Virus record (IMG/VR): IMGVR_UViG_3300043411_000704
Location: 16,257 to 80,256 of that record
Direction: 5' to 3' (one strand)
From: a virus
DNA: 64,000 nt
The position numbers and the translations under genes were made by a program. This document shows, one piece after another, positions 1 through 9,487 of the stretch. The notes beneath the pieces are model-generated. The model was not told where the DNA came from, ran no database searches, and saw only the letters and a program-made list of their open reading frames with translations. The stretch's first letter is position 1, and every line of letters begins with the position of its first letter.

Positions 1-76
1 CTAATGCTAGTGCGTATCCGGTTGCAACTTGAAACAGTTGATTCCCTAATCCTCCTCTATAGTTTCCTGTAATCAT
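1..76 (-). CDS. Alpha-1,2-fucosyltransferase-like (GT11), partial, runs off the window edge
   Basis: Not in the ORF track. Reverse strand from 76 reads MITGNYRGGLGNQLFQVATGYALAL, and GGLGNQLFQ is the GT11 N-terminal signature. Confidence 0.8.
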   Translation of the reverse strand, partial: MITGNYRGGLGNQLFQVATGYALAL

Positions 77-109
77 AATATTTATTAATATGCATAACGC
101 AATCTTTAG

Positions 110-679
110 TTATTTACGAATATAAATTGATAATGTGGGCTTAATCCACTTGGCGGTCGATATTTTTCTCAATTCTTTGGAATATTCGGCTTCCCATTTA
201 AATCCAATAGAATCTAATTTTTCGTTCCAATAATTCTGATCCCTACAATTTACATGGTGATAACCACCAGTTGACCATTGGGGTTCGGAATATGTCATAA
301 AAATGAAATCGGCACAATTAAATGTTGCCAAAAAATTCTCCACATATTTTTCTTCAACATGTTCAACGAACTCACATGTCCAAACCGCATCAAAATCTTG
401 AGATGGAACATATGGTCCTGATGTATAATCGTGTCGAATAAGCAAATCTTTATTGGGACTTCCATCAATGACTAATTGAGATCCCTCAACTCCGACAGCA
501 TTCAATCCCTTTTCTTTGAAATATTTGATTGACCATCCTTCACCACAACCCACATCAATGATTGATCTTACTCCGTATTTTTCGATCAAAATATCCCAAA
601 TATTAGTATCCCATGTATCGGAGTCGCCGCCTTTTACACAACCGCCTAGATGCCCGTCCCTAATTAATTCGTATGCCAT
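110..679 (-). CDS. Class I SAM-dependent methyltransferase
   Basis: IIDVGCGEG motif I; FDAVWTCEFVEHV; GGYHHVN, as in glycan-associated methyltransferases. Confidence 0.85.
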   Translation of the reverse strand: MAYELIRDGHLGGCVKGGDSDTWDTNIWDILIEKYGVRSIIDVGCGEGWSIKYFKEKGLNAVGVEGSQLVIDGSPNKDLLIRHDYTSGPYVPSQDFDAVWTCEFVEHVEEKYVENFLATFNCADFIFMTYSEPQWSTGGYHHVNCRDQNYWNEKLDSIGFKWEAEYSKELRKISTAKWIKPTLSIYIRK

Positions 680-681
680 TT

Positions 682-1350
682 CTATATTAATCCTTCTGTT
701 CTCAATAAATCAAGTTCTTCCACAGTCACTTGCTGTATATACCAATGTTTATCGTTGATATTAAATGGTCGATCTCGATCATAACCAAAACTCAATTTAG
801 AATGATTATGAAGTCTTGTAAATTTATATTCTGGTAAAACATCTTTATCATCATCTTGTGCAAGGCTCGCAATGATGGCAGGAATAGCATTTCTCTTAAC
901 CAAGAATAATGATTGTGCTACACCTATCAGCTTACATGATCCAACAACAATATCACTATTTCCAATATCTTGATATAACTGATCGACGATACCTTCACCA
1001 AACCATAAGCAATCTTGTTCCTTGTAAAGAAAATCAACATTGTTGAGATATGCGTGCATCATACCAAAAACTACACCGGCTGTCCAGCCACACCATTTAC
1101 CTTGACGAGAGCCATTTAAATAATCTCCTACATGACCTAAATTTGGGTAATCTGCTATCTGTCGAATCCATAGAAATCTATCATCTGATGGAATATCAGG
1201 ACCAAATAGGTTGATTTGAGTGTTCTTTGAAAACTTTTGTGTGTTTGAATACCAAATATTTAGCCACTGATCAGAGCCTAATCCTCCGTATTGCGTATTT
1301 GATATATGGGGATTGGGATTTCTGTAAAATCCCGAGTATATATTATACAT
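682..1350 (-). CDS. Putative glycosyltransferase (GT-A-like) / hypothetical
   Basis: FLYKEQDCL DxD-like motif; sits inside the glycosyltransferase cluster. Confidence 0.45.
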   Translation of the reverse strand: MYNIYSGFYRNPNPHISNTQYGGLGSDQWLNIWYSNTQKFSKNTQINLFGPDIPSDDRFLWIRQIADYPNLGHVGDYLNGSRQGKWCGWTAGVVFGMMHAYLNNVDFLYKEQDCLWFGEGIVDQLYQDIGNSDIVVGSCKLIGVAQSLFLVKRNAIPAIIASLAQDDDKDVLPEYKFTRLHNHSKLSFGYDRDRPFNINDKHWYIQQVTVEELDLLRTEGLI

Positions 1351-1984
1351 ATTTTTTATTTATGAAAATAGCGAATCCGTTTCTAACGCTTTCATTTTCT
1401 CGAAGCAATTCCCAATCTTCATTATCTTTAAGTTCACGATATATTTGATAACATTTGAATGCATGATGAACATCATCCAAAAAGAAAACCTTTGTTCTAT
1501 CTTTCAATAAAAGATACTCGGAATAACCCACAAATTCTCCACCGTCTATCAATACACCATCATATAATGTAGCATCAGTTTCTAAAAATCCGGTAGTTTC
1601 TTGAAGGGCTTTGCAATCATAATCAAACCAAGTTTTTACTAGGTCTTTGTCATATTGGTTTCTCGTTTTATTGAAAGGTGAAGACCAAATCTTGTCAAAA
1701 TCTTTATAAACTAAACTATTATATCCTATACTTGACTGGTTGACGCATTTAATGTAAGGGATTTCCCTATATCGGTCTGACAATGTTTTAAATTTTTCTT
1801 CATTTATTTCTATACATGTCAACTTAACAGGAGTATCTATAGTATTCATGGCCTTTACAAAACATGCAGTGGAACCTTCGCCGTCCCATGATCCAATTTC
1901 CAGATTGTTGGACAATTTATAAGTTACTATAGTATTATAGATGGCTTGGCCAAAGGGTTCGTTTAAATGTATTTCTGCGTTCAT
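1343..1984 (-). CDS. SAM-dependent methyltransferase (Methyltransf_24-like)
   Basis: LEIGSWDGEGST, YDGVLIDGGEF and FFLDDV motifs. Confidence 0.75.
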   Translation of the reverse strand: MNAEIHLNEPFGQAIYNTIVTYKLSNNLEIGSWDGEGSTACFVKAMNTIDTPVKLTCIEINEEKFKTLSDRYREIPYIKCVNQSSIGYNSLVYKDFDKIWSSPFNKTRNQYDKDLVKTWFDYDCKALQETTGFLETDATLYDGVLIDGGEFVGYSEYLLLKDRTKVFFLDDVHHAFKCYQIYRELKDNEDWELLRENESVRNGFAIFINKKYV

Positions 1985-2760
1985 TTTATTTTTATTACTT
2001 GACTATGATCATTTACCCAAGGGAAATAATCTCTTAAATTTACTGGAAAATCCGTTTCATTCTGCAAGCGCTTCCAATTATTTACCGCTCCTATGTATCC
2101 ATAATAGTTTTCTTTAAATTCCAATTGTTTTTCTAGTGCATATGCATAATGATCGAAAATCCATCCCTTTTCTTGTGTAAAATCATTCGATAAAAAATTA
2201 TGCAACCCGTGGATTCTTGGTGGTTCATGTGTTCTCCAACTAGTTTTGTTCCTGACTTTCCATAATCTACACCATTCATCTGCTTTATTTCCATAGCAAT
2301 TTTCACCCCGTGTAATTAGGTTTGGACCAACATAATAATTACATTTGAAAAGCATCCCATCAAAGCCATCATTTGTTTCCGCATAATTCAAAACATCTGT
2401 CAATATTTCAGGCTTCCAGATTTCATCCACATCAAATTCCATTAGAATAGAATTCTCGACCCTATCCATGAATGAATTACACATCTCAGTCTTACCATTC
2501 CAAAATTCACCAGGATTTTTCCTAATAACTGTCACGTTATCGTCGCTCAACGAGTCTAAGAATTCTGTTGTTCCATCATTAGACCAACCGTTGTCTGTGA
2601 ATTTAGTTATATCAATATTCTTACACCATGCTGTATCTTTAACTGGTAGAGAATATCCTTCGATAATATACCATTTATCAAAAATCTTGGGAATGATCTT
2701 TGCTTGTTGTTCGATATAAGGCTGTCCATTAAGGACTATTGTAAATGCTACCTTTTTCAT
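1981..2760 (-). CDS. Glycosyltransferase family 2-like
   Basis: FTIVLNG, SNDGTTEFL, MEFDVDEIW (DxD) and FDHYAY motifs. Confidence 0.8.
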   Translation of the reverse strand: MKKVAFTIVLNGQPYIEQQAKIIPKIFDKWYIIEGYSLPVKDTAWCKNIDITKFTDNGWSNDGTTEFLDSLSDDNVTVIRKNPGEFWNGKTEMCNSFMDRVENSILMEFDVDEIWKPEILTDVLNYAETNDGFDGMLFKCNYYVGPNLITRGENCYGNKADEWCRLWKVRNKTSWRTHEPPRIHGLHNFLSNDFTQEKGWIFDHYAYALEKQLEFKENYYGYIGAVNNWKRLQNETDFPVNLRDYFPWVNDHSQVIKIK

Positions 2761-2766
2761 TAGAAT

Positions 2767-3027
2767 TCAATAATTTCCATACCTCAATTCAATAAAATTT
2801 TTCATATTATTATATTCACAATAAGGTTTTGGTGTTTTTATCTTTTGATGAGAACATTCAAACCCATCAATTTTCAAATTTTCAACTAATTTTAAAAAAC
2901 TCACCCAATCGGCCCGGTGTCGTATTACATTATGGTTTTGAACGTCTGAGATTTCAGCATCAGTTGTTAATTCAAAATAATCATCAGTATAACCTAATTG
3001 TGATTCTCTGCATATAAATGTGTTCAT
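2767..3027 (-). CDS. Hypothetical protein
   Basis: Start chosen at the ATG overlapping the upstream TGA (ATGA at 3024-3027). Confidence 0.6.
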   Translation of the reverse strand: MNTFICRESQLGYTDDYFELTTDAEISDVQNHNVIRHRADWVSFLKLVENLKIDGFECSHQKIKTPKPYCEYNNMKNFIELRYGNY

Positions 3028-3752
3028 ATTTGTTTCCAATCTAATTTTAATCTAGGAATTCCTTTAAGGTGCCCATCTTTCAATGTATCACCATAATATC
3101 CGTGCTTCAATAACAAAATTTGTTCAGGAACTTTAATTTGCAATTGATCTACTAAATTAGAGAAACAACTTTCAATCAAATAATGTCCTACCATATTTTC
3201 GAGTGTTGTAATCCAATCAAACACACTAAGAGAATCGGGCGTCAGAAATCTAGTATCATGACGGTTACAATAACCTTCCAATTTTTCAAATGATAGTTTA
3301 GTATCAGATGAGTGCATCTGTGCTATTTTCTTCAAATTATTATATGCTAATATATTTTTTTCAACATCTAAATCTCTATTAGTAATCTGTAAATTCCACT
3401 TTTCTTCAAATGGAACTTCTGCGATCTCATACTTCATTTCATCAAATGAAAGACTATCATTGTGATTCAAATACCAGTCTGTATTATGACTATTTGCACC
3501 GGGGAGCGTGAATGCTAGATCAATAACTCGGTTACAACTATTTTGGAAACAAATCTGATGTGCTGCCATACAGTTAAAATCGTTTAGAGGAATAAATTGA
3601 ACATAATCAACATATCCAATAAAGTTGTTTATAATGTCTTTGTGAACAGGCCAAATGACTGTCCATCCACGGTCAGCATACCATTTAGCAATGGGCAAAC
3701 ATATAATAATGTCTCCTATTTTTCCAGGTTGAATGATACCCAATTTTTTCAT
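3024..3752 (-). CDS. GT9 (heptosyltransferase)-like glycosyltransferase
   Basis: N-terminal IIQPGKIGDIIICLP motif; start trimmed to MKKLGII, just after the upstream stop. Confidence 0.65.
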   Translation of the reverse strand: MKKLGIIQPGKIGDIIICLPIAKWYADRGWTVIWPVHKDIINNFIGYVDYVQFIPLNDFNCMAAHQICFQNSCNRVIDLAFTLPGANSHNTDWYLNHNDSLSFDEMKYEIAEVPFEEKWNLQITNRDLDVEKNILAYNNLKKIAQMHSSDTKLSFEKLEGYCNRHDTRFLTPDSLSVFDWITTLENMVGHYLIESCFSNLVDQLQIKVPEQILLLKHGYYGDTLKDGHLKGIPRLKLDWKQI

Positions 3753-3753
3753 G

Positions 3754-4614
3754 TTATGCATTATAACGCAAATGATTTTCCGTTTCAAGAGAAAAGATGT
3801 TAAAAAACTCTTGTGAGAACTCTTTTTCACCCGGTTGCGGTTCCATAAATGCACCAAATGGTTTACGATTTACCAAGTTTTTTTGTAAATGGTAGTGCAT
3901 CATATTATAACACAAGTGGTCGAATGGTGTGGATTTCCGTAAATTAGTATTCCATTGCAACTCTGGAGTATCGTCTTTCCATTGAATCTCATGTCTAATA
4001 TGAAATAATATGGGAAAAGTTGGGGCATTAAATATCTGTCCACCAGTGACCGATATTATACCTGCAAAAATTTGATCAAATTGAGAAATCCCTAAAATAT
4101 AATCTTGTAAAAGATGATTATATTTCTTCCACCACTCTTTGGTTACAACCAAAAAATCATATCCAGCGATTTCTAGGCGTAAAACACCAACATTTCCACT
4201 AGCTAACTCATCAAATGAATTAACATCTTGTATATCCAGTCTAGACACTGCAATTGCAGGTGGTTGTATTTTATTGTAAAGTTCATGTATAAGTGATGTG
4301 ATAATACAATCCGAATTTACCCATCCTATATGAGTGACTGACTCATCGTTTTCCACACTTTTATAAACTTCTTCTAGAATGTCCCGCACAATTGGAAGTT
4401 TTTTAGTTCCATGTGGAACTATATCTAATGATGATCTACTTAATTTTGGCAAAACTTCTATACCATCATATTCTATAGTGGGTTCATCTTCAAATTGAAC
4501 AGCCTTTATCTGAACAAAATCTGGATATTTTTTCATCAGATGTTTCCATGAATCAACCGCCACATCTTGTCGATGATATTTACCAAAAATATTTGATCCC
4601 AACACTATTTTCAT
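3754..4614 (-). CDS. Putative GT-A glycosyltransferase, paralog of 4611-5456
   Basis: GWVNSDCII; shares RQDVAVxSW, KKLP, SRxDI and AGxDx motifs with its neighbour. Confidence 0.6.
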   Translation of the reverse strand: MKIVLGSNIFGKYHRQDVAVDSWKHLMKKYPDFVQIKAVQFEDEPTIEYDGIEVLPKLSRSSLDIVPHGTKKLPIVRDILEEVYKSVENDESVTHIGWVNSDCIITSLIHELYNKIQPPAIAVSRLDIQDVNSFDELASGNVGVLRLEIAGYDFLVVTKEWWKKYNHLLQDYILGISQFDQIFAGIISVTGGQIFNAPTFPILFHIRHEIQWKDDTPELQWNTNLRKSTPFDHLCYNMMHYHLQKNLVNRKPFGAFMEPQPGEKEFSQEFFNIFSLETENHLRYNA

Positions 4615-5456
4615 ACTAAATTTCTATCCATTCGCATATAATCAAAGAAATCGCGTTCTTTCTCTTTTTCCTTATCTGCTAAATTTTGAAACGTATTTTT
4701 TGGCATCCGATTAATCAAATTTGTTTTGAAATTATAATCCATTAGATTAAACATCATTTTATTCAATGGTCTGCTGTCAGCAATTTCTAAGTTCCATTGA
4801 CGCTCTGGACAGTCTTCTAATACACTATTTGATTCATGTTCAATATGAAAAATTGATGGTGGATAATCGTTACCAATCGGAAAATTTCCACCAAAAGCCT
4901 TTGCATAACCCGCAATCACAATATCCCATACGGCTTTACCTAAAACAAATTTTTGGGCCAAATGTTGATGGTTTGCTAGTGCAAATAACCGGTTGAAACA
5001 AAACAAATCAAATCCTGCACAATAGAAGTCTAGAGGTTCTATTTGACGGTCAACAATACTCTGATATCCATTCACCGGTTGCCTTATATCAAATCGACTA
5101 CAAACAAAGGCTTGTGGTTTCTTTTCTAGGATAGTATCGACACATATTTTGTTAATTATCACATCGTTGTTTATCACAATAAAATGATCGCCATCTAATT
5201 GCAGACCATATTCATATAATTCGGAAAAGAAAGGTAGTTTTTTACTCGCACCTTTAATCACCGCAGTTGAATCACTTAAAACAAAAACAGGTTCCAATGA
5301 CGGATATGGATTTATGAAATCTGATTTTTCATCTTCAAATTGTAGATTATGAATACGAATCTTATCGGGGAATAATTTTTGCATGTGAAGCCATGACTGG
5401 ACTGCCACATCCTGACGTGGATTTGATTTATATGTGTTTACTATAATGTCAATCAT
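4611..5456 (-). CDS. Putative GT-A glycosyltransferase, paralog of 3754-4614
   Basis: VINNDVII; RQDVAVQSW, KKLP, SRFDI and AGFDL motifs. Confidence 0.6.
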   Translation of the reverse strand: MIDIIVNTYKSNPRQDVAVQSWLHMQKLFPDKIRIHNLQFEDEKSDFINPYPSLEPVFVLSDSTAVIKGASKKLPFFSELYEYGLQLDGDHFIVINNDVIINKICVDTILEKKPQAFVCSRFDIRQPVNGYQSIVDRQIEPLDFYCAGFDLFCFNRLFALANHQHLAQKFVLGKAVWDIVIAGYAKAFGGNFPIGNDYPPSIFHIEHESNSVLEDCPERQWNLEIADSRPLNKMMFNLMDYNFKTNLINRMPKNTFQNLADKEKEKERDFFDYMRMDRNLV

Positions 5457-6247
5457 TTTGCGTTTCGTATAGACTTCAATTTGTCAACCGTATTTTCTGT
5501 TCCTATATCAGGAATATGTGAAATAGGTATTCCATGTTTCTGCATAAAATATAGATAATCAGGTTTAAGCCGTTCTAACCGTTTACCATCAGCATCCAAT
5601 CTAGACGTTGCATCAGGATTATTCATGATCAGATCATCAGAATTAGATAGATCAGCAAAGTATCTAAAAGGGGCCACAAATTTGGTGTCAGTCGCTCTTT
5701 TAACCCATTCCACATCAAACCCATTGACCATTTTTTCATCATACAATCCTACCAATTCATGGAGTTTACGGGTCCGGTAGGATGCTTCGTTACACATCTC
5801 ACCATGAAAGGATACGACGGTGTTCGGGTCATAATGAACATCTAATTTTGGTGTCCTGTTACCAGGATGTCCAGTGTTCCATGCATAACTCACAAAATGT
5901 AGATATTGTAAGCCCGTAATTTTACTGACCCTTATATATTCATCAAATATATCATCGTTTTTTACAATCAAATCATCTTCAAAAATAAAGATGTGGTCAC
6001 ATCCTTTACTATAAAGGTAATTTAGTGCATCATTACGCGACCGAGCAGACCCTAAATTAGTCTCATGTTGTATCCAGTGCATATTGCCATACATTCGTTT
6101 ATACGTCGTTTCGTATGGGTTTCCACCATTGACAACCACCAGTTCATCATATCTATGATCTGGTAATGATTCAAATAGTTTTTTGAAATAGTTCTCGGAA
6201 TTGAATGTGATAATTCCTAAACCTATTTTTTCATCATTGTATATCAT
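5453..6247 (-). CDS. Glycosyltransferase family 2
   Basis: GIITFN, VVVNGG, NLGSARSRN, FIFEDD and VGLYDE motifs. Confidence 0.85.
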   Translation of the reverse strand: MIYNDEKIGLGIITFNSENYFKKLFESLPDHRYDELVVVNGGNPYETTYKRMYGNMHWIQHETNLGSARSRNDALNYLYSKGCDHIFIFEDDLIVKNDDIFDEYIRVSKITGLQYLHFVSYAWNTGHPGNRTPKLDVHYDPNTVVSFHGEMCNEASYRTRKLHELVGLYDEKMVNGFDVEWVKRATDTKFVAPFRYFADLSNSDDLIMNNPDATSRLDADGKRLERLKPDYLYFMQKHGIPISHIPDIGTENTVDKLKSIRNAK

Positions 6248-7059
6248 TTAATCGAATATTTCTGTTCAATTTCTTCCAACCGAGTCATCAAATATTCTCT
6301 TGTTGGGACAGGTAGTTCATGTGGAAACATCCCATACTTTGACTTAAATGTTTGCCAACCAGCTATAAAATTCTGTCTAAAGTTCGTATCATTACGAATA
6401 ACACTTCGCTGATGATCTTTATCTTGATCCTTGATGTATAAATACGACTGGCTAGCGTCAGGGAAATATCTCCACGGAACACCACCTTGTAAAAATGCAC
6501 GATAATAGTGGTCTAGATGTTCTGCTGCATTTACATATGTTTCATCCATATATCCTACGGTTGAAAAATGTTTACCACTATACAGTGTGAAGGCCGCAAA
6601 ACTTTCTTGGTAAAAATCTACCTTTGTCGTTGAATATTCAACCGACTCCTTCACTTTTGGATCACCGTATGCATCTACATTTCCGCCAGCTTCACCACCG
6701 TGGCAACCATAACTTAATTGCCATACAATACCTGAATCATTCATAGTATCAATGTATTTCTCCCAAACAGTATTATCTATGATCTCCACATCGTCCTCTA
6801 ACAAGAAATAATATCCTTCTGGATTATTTTTACGAACCTCTCTGAAAAATTTATTCTTTCCTAATCCCACAGGAGTCGGATTTCTGTTTGATTGTAAAAC
6901 CTCATACCCATCATATACATCTGATAACGGAGCACCGTTATTGATAATATATCTTCTGGTAAAACACTGGGGCTCAATGCTGTTCACCAACACCTTCAAC
7001 ATATCTTCTCGGTTACATGTTACGATGCCTAACACCGTATTATCTTTATATTTGTTCAT
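6244..7059 (-). CDS. Glycosyltransferase family 2
   Basis: GIVTCNR, VGLGKN, FLLEDD, VGYMDE and EHLD motifs. Confidence 0.85.
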   Translation of the reverse strand: MNKYKDNTVLGIVTCNREDMLKVLVNSIEPQCFTRRYIINNGAPLSDVYDGYEVLQSNRNPTPVGLGKNKFFREVRKNNPEGYYFLLEDDVEIIDNTVWEKYIDTMNDSGIVWQLSYGCHGGEAGGNVDAYGDPKVKESVEYSTTKVDFYQESFAAFTLYSGKHFSTVGYMDETYVNAAEHLDHYYRAFLQGGVPWRYFPDASQSYLYIKDQDKDHQRSVIRNDTNFRQNFIAGWQTFKSKYGMFPHELPVPTREYLMTRLEEIEQKYSIK

Positions 7060-7095
7060 TATTAGAGTTTAATTTAATGTGAATCAGACCAAAAA

Positions 7096-8100
7096 TCAAT
7101 AGGAATTGAATAAATTTGTGACTGATTTTGCAACTTCTTTTTGTTCAGCCATATCTAAATCAGGTAAGTTTAGGCAAAAAGATGATATTGCATCTGGTAT
7201 GTCCACGACTTTGAATTCTTTTATTTCTTCTTGATGAACATTCAGAACTTTAAATTCATCAACTATCTCAATCCTTACGCTGAGCGGTTGACATATATTC
7301 ACCTTATCAATCAATTCTTTATCAGTAGATATGACAGATATGAAATTACCCTGAATATCTAACAAATCTTTTTCAGTTTGAACATATTTAAATTTAGGAG
7401 AAATCGTGTTTTCGATACGTTCAATTTCTCCAGTATTGGTGTCCAATATATGTAAATACTTAGGGGAATCCACATCATTAAAAGATAATGGATATGCAGA
7501 CCCTGTGTAAATGAGAGGCTTGCCATCATATAATCTTTTTTGCCAAATATGGTAGTGCCCGGAAAAACTACCCTGGTAAACTCTCTTCATCAAGTCCACA
7601 CCCTTGAAACCATGATTAGAGATCTTACCTTTTGTCAATTCATAACCAACTATATCAAAGTGTCCAAATACAAATTCACTTGGAGGAATATCTTCTAATT
7701 TTGTTGCCCACGGACAAAAGGTTAGGTTCCCTCTTTTACAAACTTTTTCATGGATCGTAATATTTGGATGATTTTTGAAAGATGCAAGAGAATGAATTTC
7801 AGTCGAATCGTTGAAAAATACGTCGTGGTTGCCCAATATGGTATCAACATTAAAGGTTTCAAATAAATTAAAAAATTCAGTAGCATAATGTAATGATTCT
7901 AATGTGATGGCAGTTCGTGAATCAAATATATCTCCAAGGAAAATTAAATCCTTGATCATATGTTCGTCACAAATATTTTTTAACCATTTTCCATAATCCA
8001 ACAAGGTCTTATGGAAAATTTGATTTACCATATGTTTTTCAATACCTAAACTGCTGCTAGTCTGTCCGATATGGAGATCCCCTACAATTATATATTTCAT
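7096..8100 (-). CDS. 47: Recombination endonuclease subunit, T4 gp47-like (Mre11/SbcD)
   Basis: GDLH, LGDIFD, GNHD, FGHF and SGHYH metallophosphoesterase motifs; lies downstream of gp55 as in T4-like phages. Confidence 0.9.
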   Translation of the reverse strand: MKYIIVGDLHIGQTSSSLGIEKHMVNQIFHKTLLDYGKWLKNICDEHMIKDLIFLGDIFDSRTAITLESLHYATEFFNLFETFNVDTILGNHDVFFNDSTEIHSLASFKNHPNITIHEKVCKRGNLTFCPWATKLEDIPPSEFVFGHFDIVGYELTKGKISNHGFKGVDLMKRVYQGSFSGHYHIWQKRLYDGKPLIYTGSAYPLSFNDVDSPKYLHILDTNTGEIERIENTISPKFKYVQTEKDLLDIQGNFISVISTDKELIDKVNICQPLSVRIEIVDEFKVLNVHQEEIKEFKVVDIPDAISSFCLNLPDLDMAEQKEVAKSVTNLFNSY

Positions 8101-8933
8101 AATGGGTAATTCTTCCTATACCAATACACTTGGTCAACAAACTTTTCAATCGCTTTGTCAGGATCAGATTCAGCAGATGTTTGACTGCGTAAACCGTCTT
8201 CTCCACAATTATAATCTGTCGTTCCTTTACCTGGATGTGGGACTTGACCACCATTGGCAACCTCAACATTAGTTCTGGTTATTATTAATGGTTTTAAAAA
8301 TCTTTTCCAAGACCATTTAGATTCAAAAACTTTACATATTAAATCATATTCTTGATCTGGATACTTATGGTCCCCTTTAACTGAGACCCGTCGATTAACG
8401 GTCGCTTTATCAGTCTCTTCATATTTTGTTTTTCCACATAAAAATGTTTTGGGTGTGAAGCTAAAGGAATACCACCACGGATCTCTAGACGACCAATCAT
8501 GTAATTTTCCACCAAAACTACACTTAAAACTTCCGCCATCCACTGAACCATATGCAGGTAGCCAACCAAATTCAAATTTGCGACTTCCAAATTTACTTCT
8601 TATTCTGCACAAATTTTTCCACCAATCAGTATATCCAAATGATGCATCCAGACTAAAATACCAAGAAAACAAAAAGGGAATTGCCATATGAAAGGCTACA
8701 CAACCTTCCGAGTCATGCCTAAACGACAGTGCTATATCAAAATATTTTTTAAACAAATAAAATTCGTTTCGTATAGTAATTCTTCCGTTATAACCAAAGG
8801 GCTCAAACCAACTTCGCCATCCATATTTTTCTTCTTTGTATATACGGAATCGCATTTTTTTACCGTCAATCTGATCACGTAATATTTGATCTTTTGATTT
8901 TTCTTCGATGTATTGATCTGTTATCATACTCAT
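8097..8933 (-). CDS. Hypothetical protein (Trp/Phe-rich)
   Basis: 278-aa ORF with ATGA overlaps at both ends. Confidence 0.75.
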   Translation of the reverse strand: MSMITDQYIEEKSKDQILRDQIDGKKMRFRIYKEEKYGWRSWFEPFGYNGRITIRNEFYLFKKYFDIALSFRHDSEGCVAFHMAIPFLFSWYFSLDASFGYTDWWKNLCRIRSKFGSRKFEFGWLPAYGSVDGGSFKCSFGGKLHDWSSRDPWWYSFSFTPKTFLCGKTKYEETDKATVNRRVSVKGDHKYPDQEYDLICKVFESKWSWKRFLKPLIITRTNVEVANGGQVPHPGKGTTDYNCGEDGLRSQTSAESDPDKAIEKFVDQVYWYRKNYPL

Positions 8934-9487
8934 TTGCTAGCTAATTTGTAAATGTATTTCATTTTAGTTTCGTCACCAAAATATTGTTCCAATTCTTCAC
9001 CATTTTTGACCAAAATTTGTGTATTACTTGGATCAGTTTCGTCTAATACATATACTTGTAGTTTAGAATCATCTGCAAACGATTTCCATAACAAAAACCC
9101 TTTTGGGGTGTGAATACTATCAGATTTGACGTATTCAAAATTATCCAACAAGAATTCAGTATATATCTTATACATTATAGAACCTATTTGTCCCGAATTC
9201 CAAATATACATTATAGTAACACCACCATCATCTTGGACCTCTAATTCAATATATCCAATGACCAAGGAATTATCCTGAACTAGGTAAAATTCTATATAAG
9301 AATCAAACTGAAACATTTGCACATTAATGGTGTTACCATTAATGTGCAAATCCTCTACTGGCTGCAAATTGTCGTGATGTTTATGCCATTTATTCTGGAA
9401 GTCAGATGCATTAACTTTGATTGGTCGCGCCCTTGTTGACATCTCCATTAATATCTTTTTAATCAGTTTATCAAATTTTTCGGTCAT
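8930..9487 (-). CDS. Hypothetical protein with KFDxL N-terminal signal; possible GNAT-like fold
   Basis: Begins MTEKFDKLIKKILME; SDSIHTPKGFLLWK; resembles 63300-63836. Confidence 0.7.
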   Translation of the reverse strand: MTEKFDKLIKKILMEMSTRARPIKVNASDFQNKWHKHHDNLQPVEDLHINGNTINVQMFQFDSYIEFYLVQDNSLVIGYIELEVQDDGGVTIMYIWNSGQIGSIMYKIYTEFLLDNFEYVKSDSIHTPKGFLLWKSFADDSKLQVYVLDETDPSNTQILVKNGEELEQYFGDETKMKYIYKLASK

